Source: Bacteroidales bacterium
GTDB taxonomy: Bacteria; Bacteroidota; Bacteroidia; Bacteroidales; UBA12077
Length of the DNA stretch: 64,000 nucleotides
Reading direction: 5' to 3'
Assembly (NCBI GenBank): GCA_028282585.1
Contig: JANQHR010000149.1
Span: 1 to 64,000 of the forward strand
The translations under genes and the position numbers were made by a program. The notes beneath the pieces are model-generated. The model was not told where the DNA came from, did no database searches, and worked only from the letters and a program-made list of their open reading frames with translations. Below are positions 1 to 10,013 of this stretch, in pieces. Position 1 is the stretch's first letter; every line of letters begins with the position of its first letter.

Positions 1-140
1 GTGTTCTTTGTGCCTGCTTTGTGAAACTTTGTGGTATAATTATAAAAGGCTGTTAAACAGAGAACCACAAAGAAAACATAAAGTTACTCAAAGTAAAAAA
101 TACGAACAAAATTTAATTATTGTACTTTTTGGACACCCCC
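1..140 (-). mobile_element. MITE/REP-like element, partial copy cut by the window start
   Basis: Reverse complement of 23363-23502 with scattered mismatches; ends in ACTTTTTGGACACCCCC (124-140). Confidence 0.8.
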
Positions 141-147
141 TTTTTTA

Positions 148-1506
148 TTAGAACCTGAGGGTAAATATAGTTTCTTCTCCTTTTTTCGACAATACCTTAA
201 TACTACCATTATGAAGATTCATAATTTGCCGGGCAAAACTTAAACCGATTCCCGATCCTTTTTCTTTGGTAGTATAAAAAGGAATGAAAATATCATTTAT
301 TTTGTTCTTGGGAATTCCAATTCCATTATCCGCAACCTGAATAATTATATTATCTTCATTTTTAAAAGATGTAAGCTTAATTACAGGATTTTCTTTACCT
401 ACTAAAGCAGTAATACTATTTTTTACCAGGTTAATTATAACTTGCTGAATTAGTGCCTGATCAACCAATATTTTCAATTTTGAATCCTCGATATTAGTTT
501 TAAATTCAAGACCTGATGTTTCGGCTTTCATTATATTACGAACTGAACCAAAAAGATCTTTCACCAAGACGGCTTCTTTCTTTAATTTTTCAGGTAGCTT
601 GGTTAAGGTTCTAAAATTATTCACAAAGTGATCCAAACCCTCGCCTCTTTCTTTAATTGCTAAAACCGATTCTCTTACATCGCTATAATTTTTATTTGAG
701 AATTCTTCGAAAGGTTTTTCCCGTTCTTCCTCATCGCTCATTAGCATAGTAATTGTTTCGGCAAGTGAATTTATAGGGGTTAAAGAGTTCATAATCTCGT
801 GGGTTAAAACCCTCATTAATCGTTGAATTGCGTCCAGTTCCCCGGCATCAATTTCTTTACTAACATCTTGAATCGAAATTAATTTTTGTTTTTGATCAAA
901 CAGGTTTATAGTTTTTACAGAAATAGACAATTTTTTATTTTCGTTATCAGTAGAGGATTCAAAAAGAAAGCTTCCTGTATTTTTGATCTCTTTCAGTTTA
1001 ATTCCAAGTTCTTTTATCTCCTCACTGATCTGACCCAATGAATAAACCTTTTCAAACCCCAGAAGCTCTTCTCCTAATTTATTTTTAAAACTAACCTTGT
1101 CGGATTCGTTAAAAACCAAAATTCCTGCCGGAATCGCTTCAATTATATGCTGTGTTAAAAAGTATTGTTTTTGCTTATCCCGGGAAACTTCCTGATACTG
1201 CCTCAAAATTTTATTAAAAGCTTTATTCAGGCTTTTATAAGGTGTTTGTGTATAATGTTCTCCAAATTTCGAAATAAAATCCATATTGGATATAGCTAAA
1301 ATAAACTTGGTAAATAGCTTATTGGTTTTTTTAATATAGTTAAATAAGAGTGCAACCTGTAAAACCAGAATAGATGAAATAATCATAAAAGTAAACACCA
1401 ATTGATTTTGAAACAGATCCCTTGCAATAATTGCTAAAACAATCATATTAAGAAGAATAAATATTATTCTGATAACAAGATTGGTATAAAACTGCCGTAG
1501 TATCAT
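148..1506 (-). CDS. Sensor histidine kinase (NtrY-like)
   Basis: Two N-terminal TM segments, H-box LTHEIMNSLTPI, N-box QVIINLVKNS, DNGIGI, FYTTK, GSGIGL. Confidence 0.93.
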   Translation of the reverse strand: MILRQFYTNLVIRIIFILLNMIVLAIIARDLFQNQLVFTFMIISSILVLQVALLFNYIKKTNKLFTKFILAISNMDFISKFGEHYTQTPYKSLNKAFNKILRQYQEVSRDKQKQYFLTQHIIEAIPAGILVFNESDKVSFKNKLGEELLGFEKVYSLGQISEEIKELGIKLKEIKNTGSFLFESSTDNENKKLSISVKTINLFDQKQKLISIQDVSKEIDAGELDAIQRLMRVLTHEIMNSLTPINSLAETITMLMSDEEEREKPFEEFSNKNYSDVRESVLAIKERGEGLDHFVNNFRTLTKLPEKLKKEAVLVKDLFGSVRNIMKAETSGLEFKTNIEDSKLKILVDQALIQQVIINLVKNSITALVGKENPVIKLTSFKNEDNIIIQVADNGIGIPKNKINDIFIPFYTTKEKGSGIGLSFARQIMNLHNGSIKVLSKKGEETIFTLRF

Positions 1507-1508
1507 TT

Positions 1509-2882
1509 TTACAGTCCGTATTTTTTCATTCTTCTGTAAAGAGCTGTTCTCTCCAGTCCTAAATCTTTTGCTGTTTTTGTCATATTTCCTTTGTTTTTCT
1601 GAATTACTTCCAATATAAGTTGCTTTTCATTTTCAATTAAGTTAAACGTTTTTGTTTTTGCAGATTTAAAAACAGTATGGTGAATTGGAAAAATAGATTC
1701 GGCTGAAATTTGATTTCTCGATTCCAATATGACCGCTCTTTCTATTGAGTTTCTTAATTCGCGAATGTTTCCCGGCCAATCATAACGTTTTAGTTTTTCT
1801 GTTGTGGTATAGGAAATCTTAATATTTTTCTTTTGATACTTATTTTTAAATCTTTCCAAATAGTAATTAGTTAAAACTGTTATATCATCTAATCTATCGC
1901 GCAATGGTGGCAATGTTAACTCAAACATATTTATCCGATAATATAAATCTTCTCGAAAAGTTCCCTGCTTTACCATTTCTGATAAATCCCGGTTTGTTGC
2001 ACATATTAAACGAATATCAATAGGAATGGTTTTTGTCCCACCCACTCTGAAAATCTCTCTACTTTGCAATACACTTAATAACTTCGCTTGTAACTTGAGA
2101 CTCAAATTTCCAATTTCATCTATAAACAATGTACCTCCGGATGCCAACTCAAATCTTCCCAGTTTTTTTTCTTTCGCATCAGTGAATGATCCTTTTTCAT
2201 GACCAAAAAGTTCGCTTTCAAATAAATTTTCTTGAATTGAAGCCACATCGACTTTTAAAAATATTTCATCCGCCCTATGCGATTTTGCGTAAATCTGACG
2301 CGCAACCATCTCCTTGCCTGTTCCATTCTCTCCGGTTATCAGAATATCTGCATCTGTAATAGCCACTCTTTCAATTAAATCATAGATACGCTTCATAGCA
2401 AGCGACTTAAAAATAAAATCTTTGTAATCCGATTTATTGTCGCTTTCTAACTGGTTAGCTGTTTCTTTATACCTGTTTAAATTACGCCTTGACTCTCGGA
2501 ATTTTAAAGCTGATAAAATGCTTGCGTACAACTTTTGGTTTTTCCATGGTTTTACAATAAAATCATAGGCGCCTGACTTAATAGCATTAACAGCCAAGTC
2601 AAAATCACCGTAAGCTGTAATAAAAACTACCGGCAGATCAGGATCCATCTTAAGAATTTGTTGTAATAACCCAATTCCTTCTTTCCCATCAATTTCACCT
2701 TTGGTAAAGTTCATGTCGAGTAAAACCACATCAATATTTGATTCTTTTAGTTTTTGAAGCATTTTTTCAGGTTTTTCAATAGTATCTACGTTCTCGAAAA
2801 CTTGCTTTAAAAACATTTTTGCGCTTTGAAGAACTCCTAAGTCATCATCAACTACAAGAATATTAGCTTTTTCTAAACTCAT
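1509..2882 (-). CDS. Sigma54-dependent response regulator (NtrC/Fis family)
   Basis: REC domain (VVDDD, LLDMN), Walker A GENGTGKE, ESELFGHEKGSFTDA, WPGNIREL, C-terminal Fis HTH. Confidence 0.95.
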   Translation of the reverse strand: MSLEKANILVVDDDLGVLQSAKMFLKQVFENVDTIEKPEKMLQKLKESNIDVVLLDMNFTKGEIDGKEGIGLLQQILKMDPDLPVVFITAYGDFDLAVNAIKSGAYDFIVKPWKNQKLYASILSALKFRESRRNLNRYKETANQLESDNKSDYKDFIFKSLAMKRIYDLIERVAITDADILITGENGTGKEMVARQIYAKSHRADEIFLKVDVASIQENLFESELFGHEKGSFTDAKEKKLGRFELASGGTLFIDEIGNLSLKLQAKLLSVLQSREIFRVGGTKTIPIDIRLICATNRDLSEMVKQGTFREDLYYRINMFELTLPPLRDRLDDITVLTNYYLERFKNKYQKKNIKISYTTTEKLKRYDWPGNIRELRNSIERAVILESRNQISAESIFPIHHTVFKSAKTKTFNLIENEKQLILEVIQKNKGNMTKTAKDLGLERTALYRRMKKYGL

Positions 2883-2935
2883 ATTGATTATTTAATAATC
2901 AAATGTAATCAATTGTTTTAATATCGCACAATGAT

Positions 2936-2953
2936 TGTTGCAAAAATGCAACA
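2936..2953. promoter_or_regulatory. Palindromic enhancer, candidate site for the adjacent bEBP
   Basis: TGTTGCA-AAAA-TGCAACA inverted repeat between the divergent regulator and permease genes. Confidence 0.55.
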
Positions 2954-3018
2954 CTCAATTATTATAGTGCCTACGAGAAGTAATCTTTAATAGCTAATAT
3001 ACTGATAGTTATTAACAG

Positions 3019-3034
3019 TGGCACATTTTTAGGT
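3019..3034 (+). promoter_or_regulatory. Putative sigma54 -24/-12 promoter
   Basis: TGGCAC-N5-TAGG; the -24 element is perfect and the -12 element degenerate. Confidence 0.45.
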
Positions 3035-3064
3035 TTGATATCTCAAAACTAATATCTTTATATC

Positions 3065-5425
3065 ATGTTTAAAATAAATTTAAAGCTAATACTTAGAAAT
3101 ATCTGGAAATATAAAGGATTTTCGGCCATAAATATTTTAGGTTTATCGGTAGGAATGGCTTGTTCCATTCTCATTTTGCTTTGGGTAAAGCATCATACCA
3201 GTTTTGATAAATTTCATGAAAAGGGAGATATTATATTTCGGGTAATTCAACATATTAAATTTGAGGATTATGTTACATGGAGCATAACGCAGGGACCACT
3301 AGGACCTAGTTTAAAAGAAGAAGTGCCTGAAATAAAAGATTACTGTCGATTTACGGGCTCAGGTTTGCAATTTAAAAAAAATGAAGATGTTTTTCGGGAA
3401 AGGGGAACATATGCCGATCCTTCATTCTTTAATATGTTTACCATAAATATAATTAGTAAGTTAAAAAACGAACCTATCTCTGAACCTAACAATATAGCTA
3501 TTTCTGAAAGCTTTGCTAGAAAATACTTTGGAGATGAAGATCCCATTGGAAAAACCATAAGTGCTTTACCAGACCGAGAATTTCTTGTAACGGCTGTATT
3601 TGAAGATTATCCCAAAGAAACCCACTGGTGGTTCGATTATATGATTCCTTTTGAACATTTGGGAGTTAATCTGGGATATACCATTAATAGTTGGAACAAT
3701 AGCGGGTATTATACTTATGTAACACTAGAAGAAAATGCTAATAGAGAAGATGTGGCGGATAAAATCAAAGATTTTCTGAAAGAAAAACCTACTCTTGAAG
3801 AATTTTCAAAATTAGATTTACAACCAATTAAGAACATACATTTAACAACAGGTATTGATTTTGATATCTGGTCTAATCTTGATGAAAAATATATCAAGAT
3901 CTTTTTTTCAGTAGCCATTTTTTTAATCCTTATTGCTTGTATTAATTTTATGAATCTTTCTACTGCAAGAGCTTCCAGAAGAGTTCGAGAAATTGGTATG
4001 AAGAAAGTTTCAGGTGCGCATAAAACAAATTTAATAGCTCAATTTATTGGTGAAGCTATATTAATATCCTTTATTTCCGTTCTCTTCGCAATGATGCTGG
4101 TTGAACTTATGCGTCCAACTTTTAATAATATAACACAAATTGGATTAAGTATTGACTATACCGATTTTAGATTTTATATTTTTTTAATTGGGATAGTAAT
4201 CCTGACAGGATTATTTTCCGGCAGTTATCCTGCCTTTTATTTGTCATCTTTTAAACCGGTAATTGCACTAAAAAGCTCAGCTACGGACAAGAAAGGAAAA
4301 CAGTATATGAGAACAGTTCTTGTTATTTTTCAATTTATTATCTCAATTGTACTTCTTTCTTCAACTTTATTTATTACAAAACAAATAAATTTCATGCTAA
4401 ATAAGAATCTGGGATATGAAAAGGAAGGAATAATATATTTTGGAATGTCAGAAGGATTTCACAAACATTTTGAATCAATAAAATCAGATATGTTAAATAC
4501 CCCGGGTGTTTATAATATGACAAGAATGGGAAGTTTACCAACTTATGGATATAATTTTTCAAACAGCAGGTTTCGTTGGGAAGGACAAGACCTTTCAAAA
4601 GAAACCTTATTTAGAGCTTTATTTGCAGATTACGATTATATCGAAACTTTTGGAATAGAAATAGTTAATGGAAGATCCTTTTCTAAAGAATTTGCTTCTG
4701 ACTCAGTTGCCTATATATTAAACGAAGCGGCTGCTGATGCTATAGGATTTGAGAATCCTATAGGAAAACAAATGTGGTCGGAAGGTAGAGAAGGAAAAAG
4801 CACTATTGTCGGGGTTGCAAAAAATTATCACTTCAGATCATTACACACGGATATAGAACCTCAAATTATTATTTTCCAACCCGATTATTGCAATAATGTT
4901 ATATTAAAAATTGAACTTAAGCAATTCGATGCTATAAAGTCTAAACTGGAAGAACGCTGGAGAAGATATGATAACCAAAATCCTATTGATATAGGTTTTT
5001 TAGATAATAGAATCGAGAATCTATATGCCCAGGACAAAGAAATTCGCAAAATAGTACTTTTCTTTACTTCAATTGGTATTTTTATTTCAATTCTTGGGCT
5101 AATTGGTATGACCAGTTTTACTGTAGAGCAAAAAACCAAAGAAATTGGTATTCGAAAAGCTCTAGGGGCAAAATATAAAGATGTTTTGTATTTAATATCA
5201 TCGAGTTTTTTAAAGTGGATACTTATTTCTTTTATTTTATCAACTCCTTTAACTTTCTATTTTATTTCAAAATGGCTTAACAGTTTTGCTTACAGAATAA
5301 ATATTCAGTGGTGGATATTCTTGTTTGGTGGGTTATTGGCTTTAATCCTCGCAATTTTTACAATAATTATACAAACCAATAAGGCAGCAAGAGCAAATCC
5401 TGCGGATAGCTTAAGATATGAGTGA
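3065..5425 (+). CDS. ABC transporter permease, MacB/FtsX family (duplicated)
   Basis: INILGLSVG, LIACINFMNLSTARA..REIGMKK, KEIGIRKALGA, NPADSLRYE. Confidence 0.93.
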   Translation: MFKINLKLILRNIWKYKGFSAINILGLSVGMACSILILLWVKHHTSFDKFHEKGDIIFRVIQHIKFEDYVTWSITQGPLGPSLKEEVPEIKDYCRFTGSGLQFKKNEDVFRERGTYADPSFFNMFTINIISKLKNEPISEPNNIAISESFARKYFGDEDPIGKTISALPDREFLVTAVFEDYPKETHWWFDYMIPFEHLGVNLGYTINSWNNSGYYTYVTLEENANREDVADKIKDFLKEKPTLEEFSKLDLQPIKNIHLTTGIDFDIWSNLDEKYIKIFFSVAIFLILIACINFMNLSTARASRRVREIGMKKVSGAHKTNLIAQFIGEAILISFISVLFAMMLVELMRPTFNNITQIGLSIDYTDFRFYIFLIGIVILTGLFSGSYPAFYLSSFKPVIALKSSATDKKGKQYMRTVLVIFQFIISIVLLSSTLFITKQINFMLNKNLGYEKEGIIYFGMSEGFHKHFESIKSDMLNTPGVYNMTRMGSLPTYGYNFSNSRFRWEGQDLSKETLFRALFADYDYIETFGIEIVNGRSFSKEFASDSVAYILNEAAADAIGFENPIGKQMWSEGREGKSTIVGVAKNYHFRSLHTDIEPQIIIFQPDYCNNVILKIELKQFDAIKSKLEERWRRYDNQNPIDIGFLDNRIENLYAQDKEIRKIVLFFTSIGIFISILGLIGMTSFTVEQKTKEIGIRKALGAKYKDVLYLISSSFLKWILISFILSTPLTFYFISKWLNSFAYRINIQWWIFLFGGLLALILAIFTIIIQTNKAARANPADSLRYE

Positions 5426-5437
5426 TGCGATAAATGT

Positions 5438-5480
5438 AAAAGCCTTCCTCCTGATGGTTATCAGGATTAGAGGGCTTTTT
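5438..5480. terminator. Bidirectional terminator hairpin
   Basis: AAAAGCC..TCCTGAT/ATCAGGA..GGCTTTT between convergent genes. Confidence 0.6.
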
Positions 5481-5483
5481 ATT

Positions 5484-6788
5484 TTATTCGTTCTGTTCCA
5501 GAAAACCACCGGTCAATCTGGTTAAAGTTGTATTTGAATATATCAGGTTATAAATGGATTGCAATTGATTAATTGACGAATTCAGGTAATATAATTGTAT
5601 ATCTCGGTAATTAAATGAGTTTATGGCACCGGTCTTAAATCTCTCTTCCGCAATTTGCAGGTTCAGTTTTGCCGCCTCTAAGCTTTCATTTGCAACATTT
5701 AACAGTACCTTTCTTAGATTATAGGTCTCAAATTCATTATAAAGCTGATTAGTTAAACTGTGCTTTATCTCTTCCGTTTCTATCTGTGTAATTTGCTCAT
5801 TAATTTTGGCTATTTCAACCGCACTTTGTCTGTTACCTCCTTGATAAATATCATAAGATATGGTTACATTACCATAAGGAGTTAAAGTTTCGGTATAAGT
5901 TTCACCTGAACCAGAATTTATCCATAAATACGAATTATCGATTCCTGCAGATAAACTTACTTTTGGGTAATATGATCCTTTCTGATACTTAATCTCGTCT
6001 TGTTGTAACAACAAATTGGTATATTGATTTTTCAACGTTTGATTATTTGTCATCATCTTATCCATCAAATCTCCGAGAATAAATTCAGTTGTATCGGAAC
6101 TAAATTCATCAGTAAAATTCCATAATACTGTTGGTTGCTCTCCTAAAAGAAAGTTAAGGTTTCTAACAGCATTTCGCACAACTACTTCCTGATTTAAAAA
6201 TGAGGCTTTATCATCCAAAAAAATGTTCTTTGCTAACAAAACATCGTACGTAAGCGAGCTTCCTAATTCAAGTTTGGTTTGCTCATAATCATATCTATCC
6301 TCAGATAATTTCATTACTTCACGCAGTACCTCCAGTCTTTCCTTTTGCAATAGAGTATTATAATAAGCCATCACTACATCCTGAATCATATTCTCGACAG
6401 TTACACCATAACCACCTTTTGCAATTTCTTCCAGTTTTTCCAGTTTATCTTTAGTGATGTTAACTTTAAAACCATTGAATATAGTCCAATTAAGACCTAC
6501 ACCACCTAATATACGATTAGTTGTTGTATTATCTATTAATTCCTCGCTGTTTAAAGATGTAACATCAAAACCTATGGTAGGATACCGTCCTGCATTACCC
6601 CAAGTATTATTTATTTCAGCAATTTCAACATCCGATTTCGAAATGATAATACCATAATTATTTTCTAATGCTTTTTCTAAAGCATCGGACAAGGACAAAG
6701 ATTCTTGCGCAATACTTGCACTAGCAAGCGATAAAAAGCTTGTTAAAAAAACTAATTTTAAACTTAATCTTAGCCTATTCATCTTCAT
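5484..6788 (-). CDS. TolC family outer membrane efflux protein (start uncertain, 6782-6806)
   Basis: Signal peptide, LSLSDALEKALENN, OEP repeats, downstream of the RND gene. Confidence 0.9.
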   Translation of the reverse strand: MKMNRLRLSLKLVFLTSFLSLASASIAQESLSLSDALEKALENNYGIIISKSDVEIAEINNTWGNAGRYPTIGFDVTSLNSEELIDNTTTNRILGGVGLNWTIFNGFKVNITKDKLEKLEEIAKGGYGVTVENMIQDVVMAYYNTLLQKERLEVLREVMKLSEDRYDYEQTKLELGSSLTYDVLLAKNIFLDDKASFLNQEVVVRNAVRNLNFLLGEQPTVLWNFTDEFSSDTTEFILGDLMDKMMTNNQTLKNQYTNLLLQQDEIKYQKGSYYPKVSLSAGIDNSYLWINSGSGETYTETLTPYGNVTISYDIYQGGNRQSAVEIAKINEQITQIETEEIKHSLTNQLYNEFETYNLRKVLLNVANESLEAAKLNLQIAEERFKTGAINSFNYRDIQLYYLNSSINQLQSIYNLIYSNTTLTRLTGGFLEQNE

Positions 6789-9700
6789 CACGTATGTTTT
6801 GTTCATATTTTAATTTTCTATTTCGTAACATTATTGCTACTTCAACTTCTTCTCTTTCCGGTTTAACACCAGTCCATAAGTATTTTAAATATACACGCAT
6901 GTCATTCAAGAGCATAATTAACACCGGGAAAAAAATGAGAATAAATATGGTACCAATAAAAACACCATATGCTAAGCTTATGGCCATTGGAATCAGAAAC
7001 TGTGCCTGAACACTTTTCTCTAAAATAATTGGAAATAACCCAATGGTTGTCGTAATACTTGTTAAGATAATCGGACGTAAGCGAAGTTTACCAGCTTCCA
7101 CAATGGCATCATGAACTTTTTTTCCTGCCAGTAAATTTCCATCATATTTTGAAAGGAAAACAATAGCATCATTAATAATTACCCCTGTAAGTGCCACCAT
7201 ACCCCACAAACTAATAATAGAAAGTGGTTTACCATGAATTCCATGCCCCCAAAACACACCTAGCAATGATAACGGAATCATAGCAATAATAATAATCGTT
7301 TGATTAAAACTCTTAAAGTGAATAATCATTACAAAAATGATAACTATAAATGCGATTAGAAAATAACTTGATACTTTAGACATGGCTTCACGGCCATATT
7401 TCTGTTGACCTTGATATTCATAACGAATCCCAGCATATTGTCCTTCTACATCTGGCATAATCTCGGTACTAATTTGTGCAAGAATTTCCGGAACAGGATA
7501 TAATGGATCAACCAGGTCGGCTTCAACACGAATTTCGCGCGAACCGTTATATCTTTGGATTGCTACAGGGCCTCTTTCCAGATGATAATCCGCTAATTCT
7601 GTTAGTGGGAAATCTCCAACGGAAGTTTTGATCTTCATATTTTCCATCTGCCCAATGGTTAATCGATCGGTTTTAGGATACCTCACCCAAACACGTAACT
7701 CATCTCTACCTTCTTGTAATCGCTGTGCCTGCCCTCCATAAAAACCCTGACGAACCTGTTGTGCAATAGTGTTTTCATCCAATCCTAAAAAGTATGCTTT
7801 GGGTTTCAGCTTTAAACGAACCTCTTGTTTTCCAAGTGCTATATTTTCATTGATGTCTTTTAACTGAGGTAATCCTGTTAATCTATTCATTAAATAATCT
7901 TTGGCTTCTTCTAATTCTTGCAGGTTCTTCGACATTAAGCTAATTGATACAGGTGAACCCCATCGATTACGACCACCTACTGTAAATTTTCGGGCTTCAG
8001 GTACTTTGCCAATTCTTTGCCTAACTAAATTCGAGATCTCATAGCCGCTGATATCAATTCCTTCCAAATCAACCGGAAAAACTCTAAGATTTCCTGCGTG
8101 GGCACCAACTTCCTGTCCACTGAATGAGCTACCAACAGATCTTATTACCCGATCAATAATAGGTTCTTCCAGATTGAATTTTTCCGTTAGTTCATTACTT
8201 ACTTCCCAAACTGCAGTTTCAAATTCTTTTAAATATTCTTCTGTTTGCTTTTCACCATCACCAGGAGTAAATGCCAGGTTTACATTAAAACTATCAAAAT
8301 CAACCATGGGAAAAAAAGTAGTTCGAATATGCCCTCCAGATACTAATCCGGTCGTAATTAAAAATAAGGCAATCGGAATACCAATTACAACATGACGCCA
8401 CTTTAGCAACCATAGTAAAATATAATGGTAAATATCATCACGCAACCAAACAATGAATCGCTCAAAATATTTTTTTACTCCTTTTCTTTTTCTTTGTAAA
8501 CTTTTTCTACTTAATATATGATGATTACTTAAGTGAGCTGGTAAAACCAGAAAAGCTTCGAATAAAGAAAAGAATAAACTAAATATTACAACAATAGCCA
8601 TATGAAACATCATTTCCATACGGGTTCCAGCCAAAAATAACAAGGGCGCAAAAGCAATAATGGTTGTAGTAACTGAAGTCAATACGGCTGGGTAAACTTC
8701 CATTGTGCCATCCACAGCAGCTTTCATGGGTGTTTTGCCTTTTTCAAAATGCAAATAGATATTTTCTGCGATCACAATTCCATCATCAACCAGAATACCT
8801 ATAACCAGTATCATCCCAAACAAAGAAATCATGTTAATAGTTATTCCTATGATATTAGCCATGATAAACATAGCTAGAAAACTGAAAGGAATTCCCCATG
8901 AAACCCATAATGATAGTTTTACATTTAAGAACATCGATAACACAACGATCACCAGAATAAGTCCTATGATACCATTCTTGGTTAGCAAATCCAGTCTGCT
9001 CTGAAGTATCTCCAAAAATGCAAAAGATATATCCAATTTAACACCATGATCTTCTTCATTGAATTCTTTTCTGTATTTATTAGCATACTTTGTGATTGCG
9101 GCTAAATCCTCTTCAGGTAATTTGTCAATACTTAAAAAGACAGTTTGTTTACCATTTACCCATGATTTATTCGAAGTATCTGCAAATTTCTTTTTAACCT
9201 CGGCAACATCACTTATTCTTATATAGCTTCCATCATCCTGGCCTCGCAAAATAATATTACCTATTTTGTTCGGATCTGTGCTTCTGGAACGAAGACGAAT
9301 CAATAATTCTTCCTCATCGGATTTGATCTGACCTCCTGATATATCTTGGTTATTGGCTTGTATAGCTTGAATAATTTCGCTTATGGTAAGGTTATATCGA
9401 AGAAGTGCTTCTTCTTTAACTTCAACTGAAATTTCAGGAGAAGGAAAGCCAGAAATATTTACCTGGCTCATAACTCCTGAATTAATTAAATCTTCCTGAA
9501 TTCTTTGTGCATGTTCCTTTAATGTCATTAGATCTGGTTCCGCATTATCATCAGGAACCAGCGACATATATAATGCTCCTGATCTGGATCTCTGTTTTGA
9601 TACGATCGGCCTCTCTGCAGCGGTAGGTAATGATGAAATTCCATCCACAGCATTTTTTACCTCCATTAAGACTTCATCAATTGGAAACTCTCCTGTTGTT

Positions 9701-9984
9701 TCAATTCTAACACGAGAACTATTTTCGACCGAAGTTGAGGTTATCTCTTTAATACCAACCAATCCGCGAATTGCTTCCTCGATTCTTGAGGTTACACCTT
9801 CTTCCATTTCTACAGGCGAAGCTCCGGGATAAAAAACAGAAACAATAATAATCCGGCTTTCTGTTTCGGGGAAGAAAGCCTTTTTCATATTTAACAAACT
9901 GATAACACCTGCTAGCACAACAAAAGCAATAATCAGGTTGGCATATATTGGATATTCTACGAAACGTTCAACAATTTTTTTCAT
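6775..9984 (-). CDS. RND efflux permease (AcrB/AcrD/AcrF family)
   Basis: 1069 aa, YPGASPVEME, GILVDDGIVIAENI, RLRPIILTSITT. Confidence 0.95.
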   Translation of the reverse strand: MKKIVERFVEYPIYANLIIAFVVLAGVISLLNMKKAFFPETESRIIIVSVFYPGASPVEMEEGVTSRIEEAIRGLVGIKEITSTSVENSSRVRIETTGEFPIDEVLMEVKNAVDGISSLPTAAERPIVSKQRSRSGALYMSLVPDDNAEPDLMTLKEHAQRIQEDLINSGVMSQVNISGFPSPEISVEVKEEALLRYNLTISEIIQAIQANNQDISGGQIKSDEEELLIRLRSRSTDPNKIGNIILRGQDDGSYIRISDVAEVKKKFADTSNKSWVNGKQTVFLSIDKLPEEDLAAITKYANKYRKEFNEEDHGVKLDISFAFLEILQSRLDLLTKNGIIGLILVIVVLSMFLNVKLSLWVSWGIPFSFLAMFIMANIIGITINMISLFGMILVIGILVDDGIVIAENIYLHFEKGKTPMKAAVDGTMEVYPAVLTSVTTTIIAFAPLLFLAGTRMEMMFHMAIVVIFSLFFSLFEAFLVLPAHLSNHHILSRKSLQRKRKGVKKYFERFIVWLRDDIYHYILLWLLKWRHVVIGIPIALFLITTGLVSGGHIRTTFFPMVDFDSFNVNLAFTPGDGEKQTEEYLKEFETAVWEVSNELTEKFNLEEPIIDRVIRSVGSSFSGQEVGAHAGNLRVFPVDLEGIDISGYEISNLVRQRIGKVPEARKFTVGGRNRWGSPVSISLMSKNLQELEEAKDYLMNRLTGLPQLKDINENIALGKQEVRLKLKPKAYFLGLDENTIAQQVRQGFYGGQAQRLQEGRDELRVWVRYPKTDRLTIGQMENMKIKTSVGDFPLTELADYHLERGPVAIQRYNGSREIRVEADLVDPLYPVPEILAQISTEIMPDVEGQYAGIRYEYQGQQKYGREAMSKVSSYFLIAFIVIIFVMIIHFKSFNQTIIIIAMIPLSLLGVFWGHGIHGKPLSIISLWGMVALTGVIINDAIVFLSKYDGNLLAGKKVHDAIVEAGKLRLRPIILTSITTTIGLFPIILEKSVQAQFLIPMAISLAYGVFIGTIFILIFFPVLIMLLNDMRVYLKYLWTGVKPEREEVEVAIMLRNRKLKYEQNIRDEDE

Positions 9985-10013
9985 AACACTGAAATTAGCT
10001 GGTGCAAACTAGT

